From positions 4,317 to 68,316 of the IMG/VR virus record IMGVR_UViG_3300042350_003685: DNA of 64,000 bases, one strand, 5' to 3'. Positions 1-10,500 of this stretch are shown piece after piece (position 1 is the first letter of the stretch; each line of letters opens with the position of its first letter). The notes below the pieces were generated by a model that was not told the DNA's origin, searched no databases, and saw only the letters and a list, made by a program, of their open reading frames with translations. The translations under genes and the position numbers were made by a program. The DNA comes from a virus.

Positions 1-1119
1 TAGCAAACTGCCGTTGCCAAGAACAAAGTTACCCGATATGTTGCCTGTGGCTAGAACACTTCCGGAGGCCACAACATTTGTACCTGATACATTGCCATTT
101 GCAATGACTTCTGCGCCGTAGAGTTTGTTGTTTACAGCGTCAACCATGATTGACGAATCGTCTGCAACCACTGTGCCTTTGAGATCACCCACAAAAGCAG
201 TTGAAGTCACGGTGCCTGTGAAAGTGGGACTTTCTAAGAATCCAATGGCCACCGAACGAGCACTGGCATTTCCAACCAAGGTCATGTTATTGCCCACGGT
301 CATCAACAGAGTGTCGTTAGGTGAAGTAGCAATTACCAGCGTGCCATTTGCAGAAACAATGTTAAAAATGTTGGCAGGGGCAGCAGTCACACCAGTGAGC
401 TGAGATCCATTGCCAATAAAGAACGGCGCAGCAACGTTGCCTGTGATATTAGCGTTTCCGCTGACAGTTAATCTACCTGAGTTAGCTGAAAATCCTGTGA
501 TACTCAGCAAAGATCCTGTGCCCACAATGTTACCGTTGGTTACATTGAATCCAGACATACTGAGTCCAGGACCAGTGGTAGTGATATTGCCATTTACTGT
601 GCTGAATCCAGCAGCAGTGATACCACCAAGGCTGGTTAAATTAGCAGCAACAACATTGCCCGTGACATTGAGTTCGGCGTTTACAATGTTTCCTGTGACC
701 AGTAGATCACTGGTACGCACAGAGTTAATGATGTTGAGATTACCCCCAACCAGGTTGCCTGATGCAGTGAGCGTTACCGCAGTGACCGCACCTAGACTTT
801 GAATAGTTCCGTTGGCCACAACAGTGCCGCCCACAGAAATATTGCCTATGTTTGCAGTGCCAGAAATTGAACTGTTACCACTGACTGTTAGCCCGCCCGA
901 CGTAACCACCACAATGTTGGCAACATTGCCCACGGCCATGCGTATTGCGCCGTTGGCCAAGGGGATCTGCAAGTTAGACGTACCGTTGGCAATACCAGTA
1001 ATACCGCCTGTGGCAAAAAGTGTGCTGAAATTGTTGTTGGTCTTGATAAAGGCAACCCGCAGCGGATCACCTGCGCCGTCATTGGGTGCTTCACCTACAT
1101 TGATAATTTCCTGGCTCAT
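1..1119 (-). CDS. Baseplate/tail-associated structural protein, 5' part (runs off window); T4 gp9/gp10-like N-terminus followed by GN-rich fibre repeats
   Basis: Not in the ORF track because it is truncated by the window edge. Minus-strand ATG at 1119 gives MSQEIINVGEAPNDGAGDPLRVAFIKTNNNF, the 'INVGxxPNDGxGDPLRxAFxKxNxNF' baseplate motif. AGAGGAAAG RBS and GTAAATA late-type promoter upstream. Confidence 0.8.
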   Translation of the reverse strand, partial: MSQEIINVGEAPNDGAGDPLRVAFIKTNNNFSTLFATGGITGIANGTSNLQIPLANGAIRMAVGNVANIVVVTSGGLTVSGNSSISGTANIGNISVGGTVVANGTIQSLGAVTAVTLTASGNLVGGNLNIINSVRTSDLLVTGNIVNAELNVTGNVVAANLTSLGGITAAGFSTVNGNITTTGPGLSMSGFNVTNGNIVGTGSLLSITGFSANSGRLTVSGNANITGNVAAPFFIGNGSQLTGVTAAPANIFNIVSANGTLVIATSPNDTLLMTVGNNMTLVGNASARSVAIGFLESPTFTGTVTSTAFVGDLKGTVVADDSSIMVDAVNNKLYGAEVIANGNVSGTNVVASGSVLATGNISGNFVLGNGSLL

Positions 1120-1139
1120 GTGTTGTGCTTTCCTCTTGA

Positions 1140-1196
1140 TATTTACCTTGTGCGCAGGCCACCGATACACACAGCCACGTAATCTCTAGCTAAATA
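1140..1196. promoter_or_regulatory. Divergent T4-like late promoters (GTAAATA on minus strand, CTAAATA on plus strand)
   Basis: TAAATA cores point into the two divergent structural genes; resemble the T4 late consensus TATAAATA. Confidence 0.55.
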
Positions 1197-1216
1197 CACA
1201 GAAATCGGAGATTCTA

Positions 1217-4200
1217 ATGGCTTATGTAATAACCAACACACGCGGACAGACAATAGCTACCATTTTAACGGGGCAAGAAAACACCACAGCTACTGATCTT
1301 ACGCTGATTGGACAAAACTATGTGGAATTTGGCCTTGCACAAAATGAAAATTTTGTGTATCTTTTGGAAAATTTTGCTGCCCCAACGCCCCCGCTACAGC
1401 CCATACAAGGACAGCTTTGGTTTGACACTGCTAATAACGAAATCAAACTGCGTCTCAACGTTAATACCTGGAGCAGCCTAGCTGATCATAGCTACGTACA
1501 GGCTCAAAAGATTTCTCCTGCATTCACGGGTGTGCCCACTGCACCCACAGCTACCCCTGGAACAAACACCACGCAACTAGCAACCACTGCTTTTGTTACC
1601 GCTGCGGTGAGTAATATTGATCTTTCACCCTATGCTAGACTAGATGGTGCTACTTTTACAGGCAATATATTCGCGCCCACGCCTCCACTGGGCACAGTTA
1701 ATACTCGTGTGGCCACAACGGCTTTTGCTCGCACACTGTTTGACGATGTAAACTCATCCTTATACGTTCCCAAAGTTGATGGCGAAATGACGGGCAATGC
1801 TCGAGCACCTACTCTGGCCAACATTTTTGACAATACCAATAGCATAGCTACCACTGGTTGGGTACAGAACCTCTATGGCAATGTCACTGTGAGCTTGTAT
1901 GCTCCCAAGGTTGACGCTAACCTACAGGGCGTGCCTACCACACCCACGGCTTCGGTAACAACTGCGAACACACAGATTGCTTCAACTGCTTTTGTACACA
2001 ATCTGTTTGGCAACCTAGATCTCAGTCCATATGCGCCTAAGGCCAGCCCTGTGCTCACAGGCACGCCACGAGCACCCACTGCCAACGCCAGCGACAACAG
2101 CACACTGATAGCCACAACAGAATTTGTACAACTACAGAAAATTTCACCTGCGTTCACAGGTGCGCCCACAGCACCCACAGCGGCAAACACCACAGCCAAC
2201 ACACAGATTGCTACCACAGAATTTGTAACCACAAAAATCAGTGAAATCAATGCCAGTGGTGCCCAAGAACTAGCAGGCAGTGTAAAGCTTTGGATCAGTG
2301 CCAATCCACCCGAAGGATGGGGGTTGTGTAATGGACAGGCTGTGAGTAGAACAGTGTATGCAAGGCTGTTCAGCCGTATAGGCACTACCTATGGCGCAGG
2401 CGATGGCAGCACAACATTTAACCTACCTAATCTACAGGCTAGATTTCCTATTGGCGTTGGCACTGGTTTCCCTCCTGGCTCCACTGGTGGCTTTGCAGAT
2501 GCTACGCTGGTTTCACATACGCATCCATCAACTATTAGTATAAGTGATCCTGGACATATTCACCAAAATCCTGACTACAATAATATACTAGGTTATTCTG
2601 GTACTGCTCAATGGATTACACGAGTACTGCCAGGTAGAGACGGCACGATTGATGGCTCTTACCAAAAAAACAATCAAGATAGAGAGGGGTTTGACGCCAC
2701 AGTAAAACCTGCGACCACTGGTATTTCTGCCACAGTTTCAATATCTGCGCCGGCTAATTCTACTGAGGGTACAGGAAGAAATATACCACCTTATCAGTCT
2801 TTCTACTACATCATTAAAATGAGTGATGATGGTTCTGGCGGCGGCACACTGGAAGCCGGAGCAGGCATAGACATCGCCACAGGCAACGGCCGCTCCACAA
2901 TCACCAATGTGGGTGTAAGACGCTTGATCGCTGGCTCGGGTATCACTCTCAGCAGCGAGACCGGTAACATCACAATCTCCAGTTCTGGTGGTAGTGGCAC
3001 AGCTGACATCGCAGGCACTATCAAGATCTGGGGAGGTGCCACAGAACCCACAGACTGGATGTTCTGTGATGGGCGTGCTATCAGCAGAACAGAATATGTG
3101 AGCTTGTTCTCAAGAATTGGCACTGCGTTTGGCGCAGGTGATGGATCTAGCACCTTTAATATACCAGATTTTAGAAATCGCACTGCGGTGGGATCCAGTG
3201 CAACAAAAGCACGTGGTAGCACTGGAGCTCTAGATTATGCCCCAATTGGTTCAGTAGTGGCATGGACAGCTACTGGTGCTATTCCCAACGGTTGGTTGTT
3301 GTGTAACGGTAGTACATCATCTCGTACCACCGAGGCTGCGCTGTTTGCTGTGATTGGCACAACCTATAACACCGGTGGCGAAAGCAGCACTGTGTTTAGA
3401 TTGCCTGACTATCGTGCGATGTTTTTACGTGGCCTAGACGAAGGTCGTGGTATTGATCCTTTACGTGCATTAAATGGCCCAGTTCCGTTTCAAAAAGGTA
3501 CTTTGCATTGGAGTGACTGCGGTGACTCGCCAGGTTCGGCACCCGGAGACACTGGTATCTATGCTTTTACCAGTGGTGTAGACTATCAATCAAGTGCCCC
3601 TTATCATGGCAGCACCGTGAAAAATGTAGGCAAAGACAGTTTTGGTGCAGTTAAAAATCTTTATTCCGCAGCGTACATCGCAACAGAATTTACCTATGCT
3701 GGTGCAGGATTCGCTGCTAAAACTACCTCACCAACTGGTCGTCCTATAGTCATTAACACAGGATTTACCAGTCCTAGTACAAACACTTCTCCTCAAAGAG
3801 AAAGCGCACTAGATAATCAACAGTTTCCAGATGGATACTATGGAAGAGACTTTGTCTGGGGTATCACCCGTCCGCACAACATGGCTGTGCGGTATATTAT
3901 CAAAGCACGCCCTACAACCACAGAAAGCGATGTTGGATACCAATCTGCTCCATACATCATCAAGGTCAATGACAACGGCACTCAACGTAGTGGCTCAGGC
4001 GGCGGTGATACCAGCCGTGCAGGTGATGTCAAGTGGGTAGCCTATGCTCCCAACAATTTCCCACCAGGTTGGCAACTGTGTGATGGATCAGAGTTACTAA
4101 GAGCAGCTTATCCTGCGCTGTTTGCTAGAATTGGCACAACCTATGGTGCAGGCAACGGCACCACAACATTCAATGTTCCTGACCTACGCGGTAGATTCAT

Positions 4201-5908
4201 TGCCAGTGAAACCGCTGGCGCCACAGGTGCTAATCGTGCTAGTATCACAAGAGGCGGTGTTGGTGGATCAGCAGATGCTGTGGTGGTAAGTCATACGCAC
4301 GAAGTTTCAGATCCTGGACATACGCATTCTGTACAAACAATTGCTTTGCAAACTGTTACAGGGGGTCCAGCTGTAGCTACTCAATTTTCTGGCAACAACA
4401 TCACTGGTTCTGCTGTAACCGGTATTTCAATTCAATCCAGTGGCGAAAGCGGCACTGGCAAGAACCTACCTCCTTACGTAGGCATGGTGGCCATGATCAA
4501 GCTGGATGATGACACTGTAAACACTGGTGGAATCATTCAAGCAGGTCCAGGTATTTCCATTACAACATCTGGTAGCTATGCTACAATTTCCAGCACCATT
4601 TCACAGAATCCAGTGGTAGCTGGACCTGGTATTACTGTACAAAACGCACCAGGCGGTGCCTTTGTATCAGCCAATGTAAGAAACATTGTTCCAGCTTCTG
4701 GCAGCAGTATCACAGTGACCAACAACAATGGTGTGTTTGAGATTGGAGGCGGTGGTGGTGGTGGCGGTGGTATAGCAGCTTACGGCACAATTATAAGAAC
4801 TGGTGGAACCATTCCTGTGAATCCTCCAGGGTCAGGAGCTCCAGGTACTTTTACTGCTTCACTGCCGGCCTCGGTACAGGGACAAAATGTCACAGTTGGT
4901 CCTATTCAAGTAGCAGGACAATTGTCAGGCGGATCTGGCCTAGGTAGCAGCCTGTTATTAACATATACATTTACTCAGCAAATTACATTTAGTAGTGCAT
5001 TGCCCAACACAAACTATACTGTGGACGCAGATGCTGCGTATACCAGTACTAGTCCCGTATTTGTATCTAATTATTTTCCAGTTAATGATCTTGGTATAAA
5101 CATTATTAATAAAACCGTGAATGGTTTTCAGATACAGTACAGTTACTATTTTACTGCTTCGGCGGGTCAGGCCGCTAGCGGTCTGGTTTGGAATACAGCA
5201 GGTCATCCCCAGGTTCGTTTCCAGGTAGTCAATAATATTGGTGGTGGCGGTGGTGGCGATGGTACTCCGGCATTTACTGGAGCTACCTGGCAGACAGTAT
5301 CCAAGGTAGCAGGAACCACCTATACAAACAATACAGGCCAACCTTTACAAGTTTCTATTTCTGCTTTGCTTTCTTCGGGTCCTGCTAACTATCCACCAGC
5401 GGCCCCTGGAGTACCATATCAGAACTGGTTCTTTGTAAACGACCAACCAGTCGCTCAGGTTGGTGGATCAATAGGAGGGGGTGCTATACCACCTGCCTAT
5501 GTGTATGCTATTGTACCACCTGGAGGCTCTTATAGATTAGCCAGCATTACTGGAGTGTCCAATATTGTATGGAGAGAGCTCAGTGGCGGCACCGGAGGTG
5601 GAGGAGGTGGAGGTGGCTCAGGCCTAGGCTATAACCAAACTTGGCAGAATGTCACAGCCAGTAGATCTAGAAATACCGATTATACCAATACCACTGGATC
5701 TCCCATACAGGTAAATGTGTCTTTTATAGTAAACCAAGGGTACTCTGCATCTTTACTTGTGAACAATGTGGTTGTTGGGCGAGTAGTAGATTCAGGTAAC
5801 TATGAGGTGCCTACATTTGGATTTGTATCTGCTGTGGTTCCGCCGGGTAGCACTTATAGGGCGAGTACAGACTTTGGTGCGATTGACTATTGGGCAGAAT
5901 TAAGCTAA
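1217..5908 (+). CDS. Large tail fibre protein with six SPxFTGxPTAPT...ATTxFV repeats, four phage tail-collar domains and two C-terminal TWQxV...YTNxTG repeats
   Basis: Collar motif GWxLCxG..SRT.Y..LF..IGTTYG.GDGSTTFNxP occurs four times; HxH needle motifs; GGAG RBS. Confidence 0.9.
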   Translation: MAYVITNTRGQTIATILTGQENTTATDLTLIGQNYVEFGLAQNENFVYLLENFAAPTPPLQPIQGQLWFDTANNEIKLRLNVNTWSSLADHSYVQAQKISPAFTGVPTAPTATPGTNTTQLATTAFVTAAVSNIDLSPYARLDGATFTGNIFAPTPPLGTVNTRVATTAFARTLFDDVNSSLYVPKVDGEMTGNARAPTLANIFDNTNSIATTGWVQNLYGNVTVSLYAPKVDANLQGVPTTPTASVTTANTQIASTAFVHNLFGNLDLSPYAPKASPVLTGTPRAPTANASDNSTLIATTEFVQLQKISPAFTGAPTAPTAANTTANTQIATTEFVTTKISEINASGAQELAGSVKLWISANPPEGWGLCNGQAVSRTVYARLFSRIGTTYGAGDGSTTFNLPNLQARFPIGVGTGFPPGSTGGFADATLVSHTHPSTISISDPGHIHQNPDYNNILGYSGTAQWITRVLPGRDGTIDGSYQKNNQDREGFDATVKPATTGISATVSISAPANSTEGTGRNIPPYQSFYYIIKMSDDGSGGGTLEAGAGIDIATGNGRSTITNVGVRRLIAGSGITLSSETGNITISSSGGSGTADIAGTIKIWGGATEPTDWMFCDGRAISRTEYVSLFSRIGTAFGAGDGSSTFNIPDFRNRTAVGSSATKARGSTGALDYAPIGSVVAWTATGAIPNGWLLCNGSTSSRTTEAALFAVIGTTYNTGGESSTVFRLPDYRAMFLRGLDEGRGIDPLRALNGPVPFQKGTLHWSDCGDSPGSAPGDTGIYAFTSGVDYQSSAPYHGSTVKNVGKDSFGAVKNLYSAAYIATEFTYAGAGFAAKTTSPTGRPIVINTGFTSPSTNTSPQRESALDNQQFPDGYYGRDFVWGITRPHNMAVRYIIKARPTTTESDVGYQSAPYIIKVNDNGTQRSGSGGGDTSRAGDVKWVAYAPNNFPPGWQLCDGSELLRAAYPALFARIGTTYGAGNGTTTFNVPDLRGRFIASETAGATGANRASITRGGVGGSADAVVVSHTHEVSDPGHTHSVQTIALQTVTGGPAVATQFSGNNITGSAVTGISIQSSGESGTGKNLPPYVGMVAMIKLDDDTVNTGGIIQAGPGISITTSGSYATISSTISQNPVVAGPGITVQNAPGGAFVSANVRNIVPASGSSITVTNNNGVFEIGGGGGGGGGIAAYGTIIRTGGTIPVNPPGSGAPGTFTASLPASVQGQNVTVGPIQVAGQLSGGSGLGSSLLLTYTFTQQITFSSALPNTNYTVDADAAYTSTSPVFVSNYFPVNDLGINIINKTVNGFQIQYSYYFTASAGQAASGLVWNTAGHPQVRFQVVNNIGGGGGGDGTPAFTGATWQTVSKVAGTTYTNNTGQPLQVSISALLSSGPANYPPAAPGVPYQNWFFVNDQPVAQVGGSIGGGAIPPAYVYAIVPPGGSYRLASITGVSNIVWRELSGGTGGGGGGGGSGLGYNQTWQNVTASRSRNTDYTNTTGSPIQVNVSFIVNQGYSASLLVNNVVVGRVVDSGNYEVPTFGFVSAVVPPGSTYRASTDFGAIDYWAELS

Positions 5909-5909
5909 A

Positions 5910-6332
5910 ATGACTTCAGCTCAACTCAAAATTCTGCCCACAGAGTCTTATGAAGACTACGCAGAACGCAGGCGTGCAGAGTATCCCAGCATCGAAGAAC
6001 AGCTGGATGCTCTGTATCATGCTGGTGTGTTTCCTCCAGACATGGCAGCGCGAATTCACGAGGTCAAGTGTCGTTATCCCAAGCCCAACGCACCTGAGCC
6101 CGTGTTGCCCGGCGGCGTAGAAAAAGAAGCCTGCGACTCAAGATTGGCCAGCACACAGTGGGTGCAGACTCAAAAGTGCAACATAAACCTGACAGGTACT
6201 CCCACAGCACCTGCGCCAAAACCACACACTAGAAGCAACCAAATCGCCACCACAAGATTTGTGATGGATGCAATAGAATTTTACTTACACAGTAGTATCA
6301 AGGAGATAATCAGTGGCCTACATAATAAATGA
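5910..6332 (+). CDS. Tail-fibre-associated protein (RRxEYPSIEEQLDALYH motif plus one fibre repeat)
   Basis: Motif typical of small proteins encoded directly after tail fibres; adjacent to fibre gene. Confidence 0.65.
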   Translation: MTSAQLKILPTESYEDYAERRRAEYPSIEEQLDALYHAGVFPPDMAARIHEVKCRYPKPNAPEPVLPGGVEKEACDSRLASTQWVQTQKCNINLTGTPTAPAPKPHTRSNQIATTRFVMDAIEFYLHSSIKEIISGLHNK

Positions 6333-7524
6333 CAGTCGTGGACAGATCCTAGCGATCGTTCCAGACGGTACCATCGATACCACCAGTACCAGTATTTCAC
6401 TGGTTGGACGCGGTGTTATTGATTATGGTATAGCTGAAAACGAAAACTATGTATTTCTATTAGAGAACTTTGCCAAGCCCACAGCACCCAATTCACCCCT
6501 ACAGGGACAGCTTTGGTTCAATACCAGCAACAGTGCTCTAAGTGTGCGCAACATGGCCAATTCATGGACCACACTGGCCACAGTGCCATATGTAGAAGCT
6601 CAAAAAGAATCACCAGTGTTCACTGGTGTGCCACGTGGACCCACAGCCCCCAAACCCACTGCCAACACACAGTTGGCAACCACTGAGTTTGTGCAGATAC
6701 AAAAAGAATCGCCGCAGTTCACAGGTGCACCAGCATCGCCGACTGCTCCCATTGGCACCAACACCAATCAGATTGCTACCACAGAGTTTGTGAACAATGA
6801 AATCACGTCGCGCAACCTGGCACCAATCAACAGTCCTGAGTTCACTGGCGTACCCAAGGCTCCCACAGCCAACATCTCTACTGCCAACACACAGTTAGCA
6901 ACCACTGCGTTTGTGAGTAATCTGTTTAATGCCACAGATCTTTCTCCCTACGCTACCAAGGTTAATGCCACGCTCACAGGTCTGGTGCGTGTTCCTACCT
7001 ATGGCAACAGCACTGCCAACACACTGGTAGCCAGCACTGAGTTCGTGCGCAACTTTGTGAACGATCCTGATCTTTCAATATATGCTACAAAAAACAGTCC
7101 CACGCTTACAGGTGTACCAAGAGCGCCCACCGCGGCCTATGGAAACAACAGCACACAAATAGCCACAACTGCATTTGTGCAGGGTGAAAAATTATCACCT
7201 GCGTTTACAGGCACACCAACAGCACCAACAGCACCGTCAGGCACTGCCAACACACAGATAGCCACAACGGCCTTTGTTGGCAATGCCATCAACAACATTG
7301 ATCTAAGTTTGTATGCTACTAAAAACAGTCCCATACTCACAGGCATACCACAGGCACCAACAGCCGCTGCTGGTACAAGCACCACGCAGATAGCCACAAC
7401 TGCATTTGTACAGACTGCGATTGGCAGTGGCCTTTGGCAAGGGGCTGCTAAGTATGTTACCACAGCTGATCCAGATCCTGCACAAGGAAGTAATGGAGAT
7501 TTTTGGTTCAAATATCAACCATAA
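6313..7524 (+). CDS. Tail fibre/baseplate protein, paralogue of the N-terminal half of 1217..5908
   Basis: Shared N-terminal 'NENxVxLLENFAxPTxPxxPxQGQLWF' module and seven SPxxTGxPxAPT repeats; AGGAG RBS before GTG. Confidence 0.85.
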   Translation: MAYIINDSRGQILAIVPDGTIDTTSTSISLVGRGVIDYGIAENENYVFLLENFAKPTAPNSPLQGQLWFNTSNSALSVRNMANSWTTLATVPYVEAQKESPVFTGVPRGPTAPKPTANTQLATTEFVQIQKESPQFTGAPASPTAPIGTNTNQIATTEFVNNEITSRNLAPINSPEFTGVPKAPTANISTANTQLATTAFVSNLFNATDLSPYATKVNATLTGLVRVPTYGNSTANTLVASTEFVRNFVNDPDLSIYATKNSPTLTGVPRAPTAAYGNNSTQIATTAFVQGEKLSPAFTGTPTAPTAPSGTANTQIATTAFVGNAINNIDLSLYATKNSPILTGIPQAPTAAAGTSTTQIATTAFVQTAIGSGLWQGAAKYVTTADPDPAQGSNGDFWFKYQP

Positions 7525-7527
7525 TTT

Positions 7528-10500
7528 ATGTCTACAGCAAGAAAAATTTTTACATACACAAATGGGCGTCAAGTTTTTGTGATGCCAGATGGATATGAAC
7601 GACAGGTCAGCTATCATATGTGGGCCGGCGGAGGTGGTGCTGGTGGCGACAGCGGCGCATTCACTGGCGGCAATGGAGCAGCAGGTACCTATCTTACAGG
7701 CAGTTTCAATGCTGATCCTGGTGACAGAATAGAAGTCATAGTGGGTGGTGGTGGTCAAGAGGGTCGTAGTCTTGATGCAAACAAAAAACTCTACAGTTGT
7801 ACTATTGAAGGCACTGGCGCCAGTGGAGTTGGTCCCACTGCGAGTTATGGTTTTGTAAACGATCCTACCAAGGCCATTTATCCTAGATACAATGATCCTT
7901 TGGCCACTCGAACCTTTGATCGGTGGAACGCTTTTATGAACGCCTGGGCAGTGAGTAACCTGCCCTCAAATCGACCTGGCACAGAAGAAGTAACAAACAA
8001 TATCTACTTTCCAGAAGCAGGTCAATACAAACTTCAGATTGCCGCAGATAACACTGTGACCTGGAGTTTTGGCAATTTTACAACCACAACAAAAGATAAT
8101 TTTGCCAACGGTCCATTTGAACGCACAATCAGTGTGCCAGAGCCCGGTGTATATGAGTTAAGATACACGCTGACCAACGCTAGCAGTAGCAGTGGCAATC
8201 CAGCGGGTTGTGCTATATTGATCACTAGAAATAATCCAGCCTATATGGGTGGGGGTAATGTTATAACCTACCCAGGTGGTGCGTCAATGAAAAATGTGAT
8301 TTGGTCAACTAGATTTGGACCCAACGTTGATGTCACAGATCAAGTGCCACTGCTGTATGCCCCTGTGGTTGATTTTTATCGTCCACAATCGTCATATAAC
8401 TGGGCCGGAGTACCAGAAGTAGGTCTGTGCTTTATCAGCGACAACAGCACTTGGACCGAAGCAGAACTAAACAGACTCAATCTCAATTTCAACAAAGTAA
8501 TATCTTTAAGTTATCCTGTGACTATCACTGGCAATGGTAATATTGATCAGGTGTGTGCCACAGGATACTACACGTTCAAAAGAGGACAGACCTGGGAGTT
8601 GTCACGTTACAACTGGATAGGCAATCCTACCAATAACAACAACATGCAGGGGCGCGGCACTGGTACTCCAAGCAATTGGACAGAACGTCAATGGTACAAT
8701 GACAATGCTTCTGGACGTAGCCGTAACAAAGAATTTGCCAAATGGCAACTGCCTGTACCTCCAGCAGATACCCTGTATATTGTAGGCTACGCTGATGGTG
8801 TGATCTATAATGCTCCTAGTCAAAGAGGCAGCGACAATCTAACCTGGACTGTAAACAGCACTGTGAGTCAGTTTTATGCAGGCGGTGCTGGTGGAAAATC
8901 TGCCACTAATGAAAGTGACAAAAAATACAATTACTATGGCGGTTACGGTGGGCAGATTGGTACCAATCAAACCTCAGGTGGCGGTGGAGGCGGTGGTGGG
9001 TCATCTTATATTGCAGTGTCAAAAGCCACACAAACCACTATTCCCAACCCCGACAACGATCGTTTATTAGCCAATTGGTACAACGATATACAGCCACCTG
9101 TATGGTATAACGAACTTGGCAAACCCAGTGGAGTGAATCTAACCGTGGGTGCTGGTGCTTCTGCGGCAATCATGCCAGGAAGAAGTCCTCAACTACGCAG
9201 TTTATTGGTCAATGGCACAACCACAAGCAATGCGTCATGTGCCAGCCTTGGCGACCTTAATATCAGCGGTCTTGATGCCAACAACAAACCAAAACCGTTT
9301 ACCATAGAAGCCTGGGTACGTGCAACAGGTCCAGGTGTCAATCCTGGTGGTTTTGGTGGTGAAATAATCAACAAAGACTATGAGTATGAGATAGCCAGAA
9401 TGGCCAATGGCAGAATTATATTTGCCGTGGACTGGGGTCAAGGTATCAACAATTCTTATCCTGGCAGCGGATGGATATTCACAAACTATTTCTTGCCACA
9501 GGATACCAGTGCTTTGATCTCCATGGTATTCTTTGACAATGATACTATTTTATATGTTGATGCAGTGAAAAAATGGCAAGCATCTGTGGATGGCTTTAGT
9601 TCAAGTGGTACTGGTGCTATCAATTCCTTTAGTGTGCCAAGATACAAACCTAGATTTACTAGCTACAAACTGTTTATTGGCAGTAGAACAGATCTCAACC
9701 AAAACTGGCAAGGGTACCTTGGTGATGTAAGACTCTGGAGAGAAGCAAGAACACAACAGCAGATCTACGACAACATGTTTGGTATAAGCTTCACACGCAC
9801 TGCTGTGACATATCAAAAAAGTCGAGTGGGTGTGGCCATTGCTGGTGGCGGTGGAGGCGGTGGTGGTGCTGGCTTCAAAGGTGACGGCGGCGATGGCAAC
9901 AATGATTACTTGATTGCTCCTCAACCAAATCCAAATTCCATAGGCGCCGGTGGTGTGGGTGCTAGTGCATTCAACAGTGGCGGTGGTGGTGGCGGTGGAG
10001 GTGGTGGCTGTGACGGAGCCATAGGTGGCAAAGCAGCGACCTCCGGCACAGGATCAGGAGGCGACGGCGGCTACACAGGTGGTTCACAGGTAGTAACTGT
10101 GAACTTGAACCCTCCCACTGCTGACTTTGTCATGGTAGGACGAGGTGGTGATGGTGGCAATGGTGGTGGCGGTGGAGCAGGCGGTCTCAGCACCGGACAA
10201 ATACAGCTACGCAAATATCAGTACATTCAGGTAGGTGGAACCGATGATGCCAAGATTGAAGGCGGCGCATCAGCCATATGGTTTGATGAAAGAACCTACT
10301 GGGCAGTGGGGCCAGGTGGACGCGGTGGTTACATCAACTCACCATGGGCCAAAAATGGCAACGGACAGAATGGCGGATGTCTTCAAGACAATACTAATAC
10401 AAATAAATTCAATGGCAGCGGCGGAGGTGCTGGTACAGGATCAACCAAGGCCACAGCATCTGGTGGAAGCAGCAAGGGACACCCCCCTGGAGTCAACCCC

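Noticed and set aside
125-1189. Plus-strand ORFs 125..403, 410..802 and 812..1189
   Set aside because: They are antisense shadows of the long minus-strand baseplate/fibre gene starting at 1119, which has a recognisable motif, RBS and promoter.
5270-5908. Duplicated C-terminal domains of the tail fibre as a possible DGR template/variable repeat pair
   Set aside because: Both copies are in-frame coding and diverge at all bases, not only adenines; no reverse transcriptase in the window.
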